Shown one piece after another: positions 1 through 10,971 of a stretch of 64,000 bases of DNA. Each line of letters opens with the position of its first letter. The first letter of the stretch is position 1. This DNA is from Albugo candida. Its lineage: Eukaryota. The DNA lies in the NCBI GenBank assembly GCA_040437565.1, contig JBDOQK010000055.1:62001-126000 (forward strand), in the 5' to 3' direction. The notes beneath the pieces were generated by a model, which worked only from the letters and a program-made list of their open reading frames with translations, was not told the origin of the DNA and searched no databases. Made by a program: the position numbers and the translations under genes.

Positions 1-1979
1 ACATTCAATTGCAAAGTTTCCGCATGTTGCTGTAGGACACCTTCTGTGGCGCCTACCGCAACATACTGTTTTATGGACGGTGATGATGTCGAAAGGGAAA
101 AGTGTGCAATGGCGTGTGATTTTAATGGAATCATAAGCAGAGACGGACTTTGTATGCTGGATTCTCGTAATGTCTCCATCAAAGAGCTTTTGAAATTCGT
201 TTCGAAAGAGAATATCAGGATAAATTCCACATTTGCCTTTTTGTAGAATGTTTGTGAACGTTCAGCACTTTTATGTTCAACTTCAACCTTGGGGTCCATT
301 AATAAAGATGGAAAGGAATGATCGAATAGGGAGCGAATTGGATCTTTTGCTATTTGAATAAGACAAAGACCGTCACTATTACAGTGTTCTAACTCCCACG
401 AAAGACTGACTGCCGAAAGAGTGTTTGTCAGCAGTTGAACTGTATCGAATTGTCGTGCCATTGTAGCGACAAAAAGCGGTGAATCTCGATTGTGATTCAG
501 CCATCCCTTTTTCAAATAAGATAGCGCGTGTAAGATATGCCTTTTCGTGTTTTGATCGTGCGCATTGGCGCCCCTGAAGTCGAGTTTTCCGTGCGGCGCG
601 ATTGCATTCGTTTTGCGTTTGCGAGTAGTTTGCCTGTTATTGGCTAAAACACGATCCAGTAAAAGTCTCAGAATTTCCACCTCTCCACGCTCTGCTGCTG
701 TGTGAATCACGGATTGGCTTTTATTCTCTTCACATGAACATGTGTGCAGGGGAGAAATACAAACCGTTATGATTGACTCAATATCGCTTTCGAATATCTG
801 ATTGGCTAAATTAGCACTCTTGTATTTCACCCAATTACGTTTCCTTATTTTGAATTGCATCTGTAAAAGCGCTGAAACAGAGCGAGTCATCCCGAAGCAC
901 GCGGTCCAATACAGCAAGTGCTGGCCATAGCGTAGAATATCAATACATGTGAATCCATTGCGTAGTACCGGCTCTAAATGCCGTCGGTAGTGATGGTTTT
1001 TCCGAATGATCTCGTGTGGCAATCTCGCGCCCATTTCTTTGGCGTACTGAATCCATTGTGCCCCATTTTCAATGAATTCATTCGCTAGTACATCAATCAC
1101 ACGGACTGGATCAAGCCGAGAGCGCCAAGCCTCTATCTCTGAAAGCTGAAATTTATCAGCAGAGTTTTTTTGCTGCTGTACTTTTCCCCTTAGACAGCTC
1201 CATTTCTTTTCATATGAAATCGCTCGTCGTCCTGCAACATCAACCGGATACATTCCGTCAACATCGCGTAACAGCGGAATGCTTCGCTGCGACTTTCCGA
1301 GTGCCTTTGGCTTCCGACTTGATCCAAGATGTGCGTTCATGTCCAAGAGGATAGAAGTTTGTTCATGATTCCCATTAAACGCACTCCAATGCAATGGTGT
1401 CCATCTATTCGTGTATTTGGGCACATTCGGCTGATCACCATAATAAAGGAGCTGCTTTGTGATTTCAATTCCATCATCAACGTGCTGATTCGTACAGCCA
1501 CAACCAAAGCAACTGATACACTGTAGTGGCGTATTTCCAAACATATCTAGCGATTTTGCGTCAAGTAACGTGTCTGGCGGTATACAATAGCATTCTGGAA
1601 GCTGAATAGTTGCAAGCGGAACGAGCACATTATCGTGCAAAGTTAACCGTACCTGAAAGAGTTGCTTAACATTATACGAGTTATGCGGATACATTATAAA
1701 CGCGAACGGCGATAGAAAAGCTACGGTTTGCTCCATCGAATACGACGGGAAGAAGACGTCACAGGATTCTCCGAGGAGAAGTCGCACAATGTTCATTTGC
1801 CCGCCGATGCACGCTGCATGTAAAGGACTGCGTCCTGCAATGCCTTTTGTGATCAAAATATCACTTGATGGAGGCCGTAAGGACTGAGACGGATCGATTC
1901 GGTCAAAGGTGGAGCCGTACAGTATGATCTCAAGGACACGCTCTTCATTTCCATTTTCGCAAGCTTCGAATAGATCCAT
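1..1979 (-). CDS. Ankyrin-repeat protein, 3'-partial (runs off the window start)
   Basis: Absent from the ORF track, as expected if the frame has no stop inside the window. Manual translation from ATG at 1979 gives MDLFEACENGNEERVLEII...GRSPLHAACIGGQMNIVRLLL...GNTPLQC...RWTPLHWSAFNGNHEQTSILLD...QSVIHTAAERGEVEILRLLLD, i.e. several ankyrin consensus repeats. An in-frame TAA lies 12 codons upstream of the ATG. Confidence 0.85.
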   Translation of the reverse strand, partial: MDLFEACENGNEERVLEIILYGSTFDRIDPSQSLRPPSSDILITKGIAGRSPLHAACIGGQMNIVRLLLGESCDVFFPSYSMEQTVAFLSPFAFIMYPHNSYNVKQLFQVRLTLHDNVLVPLATIQLPECYCIPPDTLLDAKSLDMFGNTPLQCISCFGCGCTNQHVDDGIEITKQLLYYGDQPNVPKYTNRWTPLHWSAFNGNHEQTSILLDMNAHLGSSRKPKALGKSQRSIPLLRDVDGMYPVDVAGRRAISYEKKWSCLRGKVQQQKNSADKFQLSEIEAWRSRLDPVRVIDVLANEFIENGAQWIQYAKEMGARLPHEIIRKNHHYRRHLEPVLRNGFTCIDILRYGQHLLYWTACFGMTRSVSALLQMQFKIRKRNWVKYKSANLANQIFESDIESIITVCISPLHTCSCEENKSQSVIHTAAERGEVEILRLLLDRVLANNRQTTRKRKTNAIAPHGKLDFRGANAHDQNTKRHILHALSYLKKGWLNHNRDSPLFVATMARQFDTVQLLTNTLSAVSLSWELEHCNSDGLCLIQIAKDPIRSLFDHSFPSLLMDPKVEVEHKSAERSQTFYKKANVEFILIFSFETNFKSSLMETLRESSIQSPSLLMIPLKSHAIAHFSLSTSSPSIKQYVAVGATEGVLQQHAETLQLN

Positions 1980-2379
1980 CGTAAGGTTTTCCGAACGTAC
2001 TCTTGCCAAGTGTTAGGTACGGTAAGTACGATGCTGCGCTTCGGGTACCCCTCTTCAGTCATTACTAACAAGAAAGAAGAGGCAGACAATACTTACACGC
2101 AATAAAAATGAAAACAGTCAATTCGTCGCGTGGCATTGGTGGTTGATGACACTACAGAGCTGTTTTCCCGATATGAGAAGAAGGCAAAACAATTGATTCT
2201 GTACAGTACGTCAAGTGGAATAAATAAATTAACTTCAGATTTTAAGGGATCATATCGCGTGGGAATCCTCGGACGTGGCGCACATATCAGGGTATCAGAT
2301 TTGCTGAACCGACCCATTTTTACGTACAACATTCTGTGTATCATCAATCAGTGACTGGAGTTTTGCAGAGTCCAAAAGG

Positions 2380-5166
2380 ATGGATATCGATTCCACAAAA
2401 CGATCAACAACATCGACGATTGCTTCGAATGCGACTGTGATTAGCGCGCAAAACTCCACAGCAAATAAAAAGCGATTATATTATTTGCGTCTTATCGATT
2501 CGCGAAAATGGCATTATTCCGAAACATTTGCATTATTTATGGACTTTTTTACCCAATTGTTAACCATTTCCTTCACTTTTAAAGACAATTTCGCCAATGG
2601 CGTTGGCCCTCAAGGATCACGACTGTTTTCGGCATTATTGATGCTTTGCTACTTTATTGATATGGGTATTCGAGTACTTGGACTTCGATCAGCCTTATTT
2701 CGATCGCATTCTAACGTGGCCGACCTCGTATGTCTATCATGTATGGTCGTAATACTTGGCGTACGATTTATTGCAACATCCTCTCAATTTCAGTTATGGT
2801 TGATATTAACATATATGGTACTGGTAGCATTTCGACTGATCCTGAAACCACGTGCGCGTATATTTTCGAAAAAACTACATAAATTCAGGAGACATGGGGA
2901 TGAGATTCGGATCTCTATTCAATCCTTGCGAGCGTCATTGGCTCGTATTCCAGGAATATCGGCTCTAGCGATCGAGATGATGGAAACTGATCTCGTCATA
3001 ATCTGTGGTAGGCAAGAAGGTGATATGACGCGTAACGAGTTGATTCAAATTCTAGAACGAGCATTACATTATCGGCCACATAATCTATCCGCAACCGAAT
3101 TTCTATCGCATTTACGTGACATAGATGCTTCCAGCAAAGTCGTATATGGAATGCTGGATGTCGTACGCAGTACGCTTTGGCATTGGTCCAACCAGAGCGC
3201 GGATCTCATGTGGTGTATACTGGTTGTATGCGTGAATGCGTCTATCAGTCCCTTGCTAGCGTTCTTTCTGGATCACCTTTCCGTCGCATTCGAGTCTTTA
3301 GTGGATGAGAAACTCCAAGTTGATGTGTCGAGACTTCATTTTGGAATATTTGGTATTCTTGGGATTTGTCTACCATTTGTCCTAGGCGACTACGCTATTG
3401 GATATTTCCAGTCCAAGATGATCTCAAAGGCCACCGAAAGACTACAAACGTTCTTATTGAATATCATTCTTCAGCAAAATACAAGTTTCTTTGCGGAGCG
3501 ATCAGAAGGCGATCTCAATAATCTGTTCTCCAGCGATATCGCACGCGTCAACGCATTGTGGCAAGCAGTGTTTTGGAATTTTCTCAACCCATTGGTGGCG
3601 GTGCTATTTGGTTTTGGATACGCTCTCTTGATGAATTACAAACTGGGGATAATGGCGTTTGCATTTGCAGCCGTACTGCTGTCCAGTGGACCACAAGGTT
3701 TTGCTTCTCAGCGGTCTAAAGAATTCGGATCAAAAAATGCGTTTGTGGCTGCTGAGTTTCAAAATGCGATTGCGTGTCACAAAGTGATTCGCGCATACGC
3801 AATTCAAGCCCCTTTGATGGAACGTTTTGAAACAAATTGTATACAGTTGCGTAAAAATCAGTTTTTGAAAGACTTTTGGTCCAGCGCGGTTCAAATATAC
3901 ATCGAGTCGGCCATGTACATTTTCACTTCGATCATGATGGCGTCGCTAGCGATGGATGTTTGGCATGGAAATATAACTGCGGGTCGTTTCTTTGGCTTCG
4001 TGACGCTGCTAAGTCGCGTTTCAACGCCAGTGACCGTTCTTGGCGGTTTTATGCGTGTGGCAATCGGCAATGCCAGTAGTCTTCAGCGGCTGGACGACAT
4101 CATCGTTGGGCTTGGAGACCAAGATTCTAGAGGAGATGACCTACCAAGACTGCCTCGAATGAAACAAGCATTGACGGTGGATCGACTTGCTTTCACGTAC
4201 GATTCCACTTCTGACATTTACGTGCTCGATGGAGTCTCTGCAGTGTTTGCTTTGGGCACCTACAACTGCATTGTGGGGTCGTCCGGGTGTGGGAAAAGCA
4301 CATTTCTCTCGTGTTTGATGCAATTTCAGGACGTATCAGGCGGGTGCATTCGTCTTGATGGACTTGATGTTTACAATTTCTCCAAAGAATCATTTATGCG
4401 GCAAACAGCGGTGGTGTTTCAAGATGGAGGAATACTTAACGGAACCATATACGATAACATCCGTTATGGTAATGTTAACGCAAGTGACGAAGAATGCGAG
4501 CAAGCAGCACGATTGGCTGAATGTATGTTCATCCAAGAGCTTGTAAATGGCTTTCATACAATAATCGGACAACATGCGACTTGCAATTTAAGTGGAGGAC
4601 AAGCCCAACGCATTTGTTTGGCACGAGCGCTTTGTCGCAAGCCGAGGATCTTACTATTGGATGAAGCGACTAGCGCATTGGATCCGGAAACAGAGGCGTC
4701 TATCATTGGAACACTTGAAAAGCTAACGAAACAAATACAAACGACAATCATTTCAGTGACACATCGCTTGTCGACGACAGTGAATGCGAATCAAATTTTA
4801 GTTTTGGATCGAGGAAAAGTCGCAGAGATTGGGCGGTACGAAACATTGATTGATCGCGGCGGTTTGTTCTATGAAATGGTACACACCACCGAGGAATCGT
4901 CGATGTTGCCCAATCAGATGAGAAAAAAGTACTCGTTTCGGATGCAGGCTCCTGTAAATAGTGTGGTTGCGTTACAGCAATTTACGCAAAATCTGGAGAA
5001 TCGAGCCGCTGAATCGAATCGTCGCTCGCAATCTGTCACATCATGGCAAGGACACTCGGCGCGAGTGGTTAATGAGTTTCGCTCACGCCGCAGCACACTC
5101 GATTCTAATCACGTGCATCTCAGCAAGAAAGGAGGAAAAGAAGATGATCGATATTTCATGATTTAA
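2380..5166 (+). CDS. ABC transporter, ABCB-type half transporter (TMD+NBD) with an N-terminal 4-TM voltage-sensor-like extension
   Basis: 928-aa ORF. Walker A GSSGCGKST, Q-loop VVFQD, signature LSGGQAQR, Walker B ILLLDEATSALD, H-loop VTHRL. A hydrophobic ABC membrane domain precedes the NBD. Confidence 0.93.
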   Translation: MDIDSTKRSTTSTIASNATVISAQNSTANKKRLYYLRLIDSRKWHYSETFALFMDFFTQLLTISFTFKDNFANGVGPQGSRLFSALLMLCYFIDMGIRVLGLRSALFRSHSNVADLVCLSCMVVILGVRFIATSSQFQLWLILTYMVLVAFRLILKPRARIFSKKLHKFRRHGDEIRISIQSLRASLARIPGISALAIEMMETDLVIICGRQEGDMTRNELIQILERALHYRPHNLSATEFLSHLRDIDASSKVVYGMLDVVRSTLWHWSNQSADLMWCILVVCVNASISPLLAFFLDHLSVAFESLVDEKLQVDVSRLHFGIFGILGICLPFVLGDYAIGYFQSKMISKATERLQTFLLNIILQQNTSFFAERSEGDLNNLFSSDIARVNALWQAVFWNFLNPLVAVLFGFGYALLMNYKLGIMAFAFAAVLLSSGPQGFASQRSKEFGSKNAFVAAEFQNAIACHKVIRAYAIQAPLMERFETNCIQLRKNQFLKDFWSSAVQIYIESAMYIFTSIMMASLAMDVWHGNITAGRFFGFVTLLSRVSTPVTVLGGFMRVAIGNASSLQRLDDIIVGLGDQDSRGDDLPRLPRMKQALTVDRLAFTYDSTSDIYVLDGVSAVFALGTYNCIVGSSGCGKSTFLSCLMQFQDVSGGCIRLDGLDVYNFSKESFMRQTAVVFQDGGILNGTIYDNIRYGNVNASDEECEQAARLAECMFIQELVNGFHTIIGQHATCNLSGGQAQRICLARALCRKPRILLLDEATSALDPETEASIIGTLEKLTKQIQTTIISVTHRLSTTVNANQILVLDRGKVAEIGRYETLIDRGGLFYEMVHTTEESSMLPNQMRKKYSFRMQAPVNSVVALQQFTQNLENRAAESNRRSQSVTSWQGHSARVVNEFRSRRSTLDSNHVHLSKKGGKEDDRYFMI

Positions 5167-5468
5167 AGCGAGTATATTAATGTAATTACTAGAAGACACG
5201 TGTCTCCTTTCTAAACGTGAGCTGCATCTCCGTCGTCAAAACCAACTTCAACTGTAGTTCTAAATACTTGCGAGTGACTTAAATATCGAACCTTACACAC
5301 TTTCCTTCGACTGAACATCATTCTAATTGTCAAAGGCAACTTCAACCAACTTGATATAATTCTGTAAATGCTGAAAAGATTGCGTGTATCAGTTGAATGA
5401 CTAAACCTTTTACCCTTCAACTTTATCCAATGACAATCATTCTCCGACTGTCATACGTCAATTTTCAA

Positions 5469-5482
5469 TCATTTCTCAATTT
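5469..5482 (+). promoter_or_regulatory. Oomycete initiator + FPR core promoter element
   Basis: TCATTTCTCAATTT fits YCAYTYY-N-CAWTTT and ends 8 nt before the ATG at 5491. Confidence 0.6.
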
Positions 5483-5490
5483 TGCATCTG

Positions 5491-6840
5491 ATGCAAACGT
5501 CCGCCAATTCGCTTTGGGCGCCGAAATTATTGTACGCAGTCGGATCTGCGGGACAGTCGGCATTAGTCAATTATATCGCCATTTATTACCAGCACGTAGT
5601 ACACTTTTCGGAGTGGGAAATTGGCATTTTACAAACGCTTCCGTGTGTTTGTGCGATCCTTTCGCCGCCTATTTGGGGAGCGATCGCGGATTACTTTAAT
5701 GACCAGAGAATGATTCACAACGTATGTGCAATTGGAAGTGCGCTGCTCTTATTCAGTATTTCATATTTCAAGACTTTTGGAGTGGGAGTCCTTTGTATTG
5801 TGACAATTGGCAATTTCCTGGCAGCGCCGTGCGGTTCCCTCCAGGATCACGCTGTGTTACACATGCTCGAGAAAACTGGGGGAGAGTATGGAAAACAGCG
5901 CTTATTTGGAGCAATTGGGTGGGGGGTTGGCGCGTATGTGGTCTCCATCTTGGTGCAGTATTACGGACTGCATGCGGCATTTTATGTATATCTCGTACTC
6001 ATGTTACTCTCTGTGGCTATTTTGCAGCAAATTCCGCCGGTTAAAGGTGAGACATTAAAGTCGCCTTCGTCTGTGCAAATTTATGGTGAAGACGACGGAT
6101 TGCTTCCGAAGGAGACGGACACAACGGGACAATCAGTACCAATCACCATGCAATTCTGGAATCTCGTACGTTATCAGAAAGATGTGCTGGTTCTTCTTGT
6201 GGTCATATTCCTCATGGGACTTATGTTTGGTGTCTTAAGTAGTTATCTGACAATGTTTCTATTCAATTTAAGTGGTGGAAATTCACAAATTGTAGGAATT
6301 GCAATTGTTTGTGAGACCATTTCGGAATTGCCGGCTTTTTTCTTCTCTCAACAATTGATTGATCGATTCGGTGTTGTGATGGTGTTGGTTGCCTCGACAT
6401 TGGGCTACGGCATTCGCATCACGTTTTATTGGCTCATGACGAATGCGTGGACAGCTATTCCGCTGGAACTGCTGCATGGAGTTACATTTGGATTGTCGTG
6501 GGCAGCATGCACTCAATACATTTTCACATCGGCACCTGTGGGCTTGGAAGGTTCCATGATGGGAATCCTCAATGCTGTGCAAAATGGACTCGGAAGGGGA
6601 GCTGGAACGTTAATCGGTGGAATCTTGTATCAGAAGTACTCTCCTCAATTTATGTGGATGATCACCGATATTGGCGTTCCTCTTACCTTTCTCGGACTTT
6701 TAGTATTTGCATTCATTCGTGCATCGCCTCGAGGCAAACTCGGGACAAAACAGGAAAGGCAAATGCAAATGACTGAATGTGCACAAATTTTGTCCCCATA
6801 CACGGCGCATGAGCAGTCAATTTTCAAAGAATTGCATTGA
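5491..6840 (+). CDS. Major facilitator superfamily transporter (MFSD6/MFS_1-like), paralog 1
   Basis: About 12 hydrophobic segments. Motifs PPIWGAIAD, YGKQRLFGAIGWG, ELPAFF, ELLHGVTFGL, GLGRGAGTLIGG. ATG at 5491 preferred over the TTG at 5482. Confidence 0.92.
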   Translation: MQTSANSLWAPKLLYAVGSAGQSALVNYIAIYYQHVVHFSEWEIGILQTLPCVCAILSPPIWGAIADYFNDQRMIHNVCAIGSALLLFSISYFKTFGVGVLCIVTIGNFLAAPCGSLQDHAVLHMLEKTGGEYGKQRLFGAIGWGVGAYVVSILVQYYGLHAAFYVYLVLMLLSVAILQQIPPVKGETLKSPSSVQIYGEDDGLLPKETDTTGQSVPITMQFWNLVRYQKDVLVLLVVIFLMGLMFGVLSSYLTMFLFNLSGGNSQIVGIAIVCETISELPAFFFSQQLIDRFGVVMVLVASTLGYGIRITFYWLMTNAWTAIPLELLHGVTFGLSWAACTQYIFTSAPVGLEGSMMGILNAVQNGLGRGAGTLIGGILYQKYSPQFMWMITDIGVPLTFLGLLVFAFIRASPRGKLGTKQERQMQMTECAQILSPYTAHEQSIFKELH

Positions 6841-6899
6841 CACTTTTTTGAACAAAAAACGCAAAATTTTGGTTGTATTCAGCATTCAAATAATTTCTT

Positions 6900-8001
6900 T
6901 TATGCGACATTCTGGAAATACTGTCGAATGTGTTTGATATCATCTGGAGTCGTTCGACAGCATCCGCCAAAGATTCTCGCGCCAGCGTTGTACCATTTCG
7001 GCAAGTACGTATTCCAATCCGTTGGACAATCAGTCTCACTATCTTTAATGGACTGGTTTGGTCGCTCCCATCGTTTTTGGTCTGCATTCCACTCTTCACC
7101 GCTGTTGGGGTACACAACTTTATCACAAGAACATGAAAAACTGAGAAGAAGGGACTCGACAAACTTTGGATTCGTGCAATTGATACCAACACCAAGCAAG
7201 TTTTCCAAACAGCGTATCGATTGAATCATTTCTGTGAGTTTGGATATCGGTTCTCCGCTATTGAGTTGGAATTCACTTCGACAGGCGACAGCAAGAACAA
7301 TTTTCAGATTTCTCTCCTCAATCATTTTGGTATGCGCATTGAGAAGACACACAATCGCTTCTACTTCACGTAAACACGGAATCGTCTCAAAGATCAATAT
7401 ATCGACTTGTGAATGACTCGACAATGTGAGAAATCGACTTGAATGCCACGCCATCAACTCGTCCACATCCAACTTGTATTCGCCTCGGTATTCCTACATC
7501 GAAATTGAGATCAATCACAAAATTTAAAATGAGTCGTACCGATCCATCAGCCAGCGCGGCACCATAACATCCAATACTCGCGGCAATCAGCGGCTTTGGA
7601 GAGGACGTACGGTCTTTACCCTTCCAACTTGAATCTCGAGCGATTCCAGCCAACTCGACACTCTTCATCAACATTTTGATAATCGCTTTTTCCGCTCTTT
7701 TGGAATCGCCTTGAAACTCTCGTAAAAGTCCATCCAATGAAGCCTGATAGCTCGCTGTCGTCACAATATCGGCACCGGAGGAATAGTACTGTACATGTGC
7801 ATTCACAATCGCTTGCTGTAAATGAGCGTTTTGTGGGAGTAAGAGACGCGCAGACCATAAACTTCCTTCAGAAAGATTCACGCCATTGTATTTCTCCACT
7901 TCCGTCGCCAAACCGCCATCCAGAAGAAGTACGTCGCGTGATATTAATTCCGAAGCGTTTATGGCGCGTAAGCGTTCGCGCTGATAATCGACGACACGCA
8001 T
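6900..8001 (-). CDS. Homocysteine S-methyltransferase (MmuM/HMT family), 2 exons: 8001-7540 and 7493-6900
   Basis: Motifs LLDGGLATE, LWSARLL, GADIVTTASYQAS, FETIP, GINC, YPNSGE, IFGGCCRTTP. Removing a 46-nt GT-AG intron (7539-7494) restores LADGSEYRGEY. Confidence 0.95.
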
Positions 8002-8279
8002 CGATATAAACCGGTTTTATTCGGTACTTTGGGGTGTATTGGATTGGCTGAAGATCTACGATAGAAAATATAGGATTGGATATTATTTCATTGGAGAGTA
8101 CTTTCAAATGATGTGATTGGGTATAATTAGACTGGACCACGCGCTTCGAATGTATACTTGACGTATACTATCCCAATGGAGAGTCGTTTTGTGGGATGTG
8201 CTAGCAGTTTCGAATTATCATAGAATAATTCTACACTCGAGTTTAGCTCCCGTTCTTTCAATTTGAGAGAAGAAGACGA

Positions 8280-9725
8280 ATGGCTCCAACGCGCACAACT
8301 AATCGCTTTAAGGAAGCTAAACCGCTGTATGGTCGTAAGATATGTGGCGATCACCTTTGGGCTCCCAAAGCAATGTACGCTATTTCATCAGCAGGTCAAT
8401 CGGCATTAGTGAATTATTTACCAATTTACTACCAACATACCGCACAATTCACAAAATGGCAAATTGGTGTATTACAGACTTTACCTTGTGTATGCGCCCT
8501 GATTGCGCCACCACTTTGGGGCGCTGTGGCTGATAAATTAGATGGACAACGATTGGTTCATAATATCTGTATCATATCCAGTGCAATTATTTCATTCAGC
8601 ATCCAATTGTTTCGAACGTATGACATTTGGATCCTTCTTATTGTTGCATTAGGCTTTTTCCAGCAAGCACCATGTGGATCCTTGCAAGATCATGCCGTTC
8701 TCGATATGCTGGCAAAAGTCGGAGGTGAGTATGGGAAACAGCGGCTATTTGGAGCCGTCGGATACGGTCTTGGAGCATACATTTCAGCGCTGGTAGTTGG
8801 TTGGTCGGGTATCGAATGGTCGTTCAACCTCATGCTCATTCTGACGCTGTTATCTGTGCTTGTCTTACGACACATTCCCGCAATCAGTCACGCACATGAT
8901 CACGAGGACGAATCGAATGCGTTGATGGAAGCCAATATAAGCGATAGTGAGATTGTGGAAAAGAGAAAAAGGAAGCGAGCGTCTTTTTCAGAAAACATGA
9001 CACATTTGTTTGCACACCAATTTGATGTATTGGTTCTCTTATTGGTCGTATTCTTATTGGGTTTAATGTTTGGCGTATTATCGAGTTTTCTTACATTATA
9101 TCTCTTCAATTTAAGTGGTGGAAATCCGCAAATCATTGGAATTGCAATCATGTGCGAAACTGCTTCCGAGCTTCCAGCGTTTTTCTACTCTCATCAGATC
9201 ATCAACAAGTTGGGCGTCGTTGGGGTCCTACTGCTCTCCACCTTGGGGTATGCGTTGAGAATTTCATATTACTGGTACATGACGAATCCGTGGACTGCAA
9301 TTCCTTTCGAGCTATTACATGGACTGACATTCGGGTTGGCCTGGGCTTCCTGCACACAGTACATATTCGCGTCTGCCCAGCCAGGATTCGAGGGAACCAT
9401 GATGGGAATGTTGAATGCTGTTCAAAACGGACTGGGTCGGGGTGCTGGTACTCTGATTGGCGGGTATTTGTACCAGACATATGGCCCAAAAACGATGTGG
9501 ATGATGACCGATATGGGCGTTCCGGTGGCGTTGTTGGGTATTGGGGTGTTTGCGTTTTTGAAAAGCAGAGACAGTGCTGGGGTCACATTGCAAGATGAAG
9601 AGGCTATTCGACTGGAAAGCGCACAGATCTTCTCACCCCATAGCGCGGATCCTCAGTCCATTTTACGAGACTTCAGCTCTCCAATTGGCAGTTATTCGAC
9701 GCGGCCGGATTATGATACATTGTGA
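8280..9725 (+). CDS. Major facilitator superfamily transporter (MFSD6/MFS_1-like), paralog 2
   Basis: 481-aa ORF collinear with 5491-6840. Shared motifs SAGQSALVNY, QTLPCVCA, APCGSLQDHAVL, GEYGKQRLFGA, NAVQNGLGRGAGTLIGG. Confidence 0.92.
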   Translation: MAPTRTTNRFKEAKPLYGRKICGDHLWAPKAMYAISSAGQSALVNYLPIYYQHTAQFTKWQIGVLQTLPCVCALIAPPLWGAVADKLDGQRLVHNICIISSAIISFSIQLFRTYDIWILLIVALGFFQQAPCGSLQDHAVLDMLAKVGGEYGKQRLFGAVGYGLGAYISALVVGWSGIEWSFNLMLILTLLSVLVLRHIPAISHAHDHEDESNALMEANISDSEIVEKRKRKRASFSENMTHLFAHQFDVLVLLLVVFLLGLMFGVLSSFLTLYLFNLSGGNPQIIGIAIMCETASELPAFFYSHQIINKLGVVGVLLLSTLGYALRISYYWYMTNPWTAIPFELLHGLTFGLAWASCTQYIFASAQPGFEGTMMGMLNAVQNGLGRGAGTLIGGYLYQTYGPKTMWMMTDMGVPVALLGIGVFAFLKSRDSAGVTLQDEEAIRLESAQIFSPHSADPQSILRDFSSPIGSYSTRPDYDTL

Positions 9726-10071
9726 TTTGCTGGGTTTTAGCCAATTATGTGTCAGTCTTAGGCTGTTATTGCGACCAATCCACTTCGCTAATTGTTGGCC
9801 AATCACCATTAGTTTAATGCTATTAAATCGATGTAATTCACTCATACAGGTGGTGAGTTTGTCATNNNNNNNNNNNNNNNNNNNNNNNNNNNNNNNNNNN
9901 NNNNNNNNNNNNNNNNNNNNNNNNNNNNNNNNNNNNNNNNNNNNNNNNNNNNNNNNNNNNNNNNNACCATTAGTTTAATGCTATTAAATCGATGTAATTC
10001 ACTCATACAGGTGGTGAGTTTGTCATTCTAGCCAATCAATTTACGAAATAGCTGTCATTTTGCAAGTGAGA

Positions 10072-10971
10072 ATGATGCAAATCAGCGGATCGGAAATGCG
10101 ATTCATCGAGGAAGGAATTGCTTGTGACGTGCGCGCAGATGGCCGTTCTCGGACAACGCATCGAAGTGTGGTGCTGGAGACCGGTTTGCTTCCTCATTCA
10201 AACGGTTCAGCGCGTGTTAAAAAGCAGAATTTCGGAACGGACGTATTAGCATCCGTGAAATTAGAAGTCGTATCTCCAGCACCTGAAGCTCCCAATACTG
10301 GCGTTTTAACTGTCAATGTGACTTGTTTTCCGTCAATTTCGTCAAAAATGACCAACGGACGTGCATTGGATGAAATCAATGTTGAATTAAGCCAATTGAT
10401 GCAGCGATTCTTTACCTCTCACAATAGTATCGACTTGGATCACTTTTGTATTGCACCCGGTCAATATGTGTGGGGTATTTTCGTGGATGTTGTGGTGTAT
10501 GAGTCCACTGGAAGTCTCCCAGACATAATATCGATGGCGATCCACGCGGCGCTGCGAAGTACTTTGTTTCCATGTGTCAGGGTGCTTGGAGTGGAAGGAG
10601 ATGAGAAAGTCCTTCAAGTGGAAAACGATCCTGCAGCTGGAGAATACTTGGCTGGTCAAGTATCGCTTCCACTATGTAGCACAATTTGTCAAATCGGGAA
10701 TTATTTTGTGGTCGACGCTACTTTAGAGGAGGAGTTATGTATGTCCACACAAATTGTCGTGGGGATGAATCGAGAAGGTGACATTTGTGGTGTGCAGAAG
10801 CGATTTGGAGACGGAGCAATTTCAATGGATGAAATGCAGCAGATGATAGATGAAGTCTGTGAGCATACCAAGTCGCTATTTGACCGTATGGATGTCGCGT
10901 TTGTAGAAGGTAAGGAAAAACACGAGGCAAGAAGTAAACTGGATTGTCTTGGTTTTTTACATAACAGCTAG
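10072..10971 (+). CDS. RRP42: Exosome complex RNase PH-like subunit RRP42 (EXOSC7)
   Basis: ISGSEMRFIEEGIACDVRADGR, ETGLLPHSNGSARVK, TDVLASVKLE and VVDATLEEE are typical of RRP42. First ATG at 10072. Confidence 0.85.
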   Translation: MMQISGSEMRFIEEGIACDVRADGRSRTTHRSVVLETGLLPHSNGSARVKKQNFGTDVLASVKLEVVSPAPEAPNTGVLTVNVTCFPSISSKMTNGRALDEINVELSQLMQRFFTSHNSIDLDHFCIAPGQYVWGIFVDVVVYESTGSLPDIISMAIHAALRSTLFPCVRVLGVEGDEKVLQVENDPAAGEYLAGQVSLPLCSTICQIGNYFVVDATLEEELCMSTQIVVGMNREGDICGVQKRFGDGAISMDEMQQMIDEVCEHTKSLFDRMDVAFVEGKEKHEARSKLDCLGFLHNS

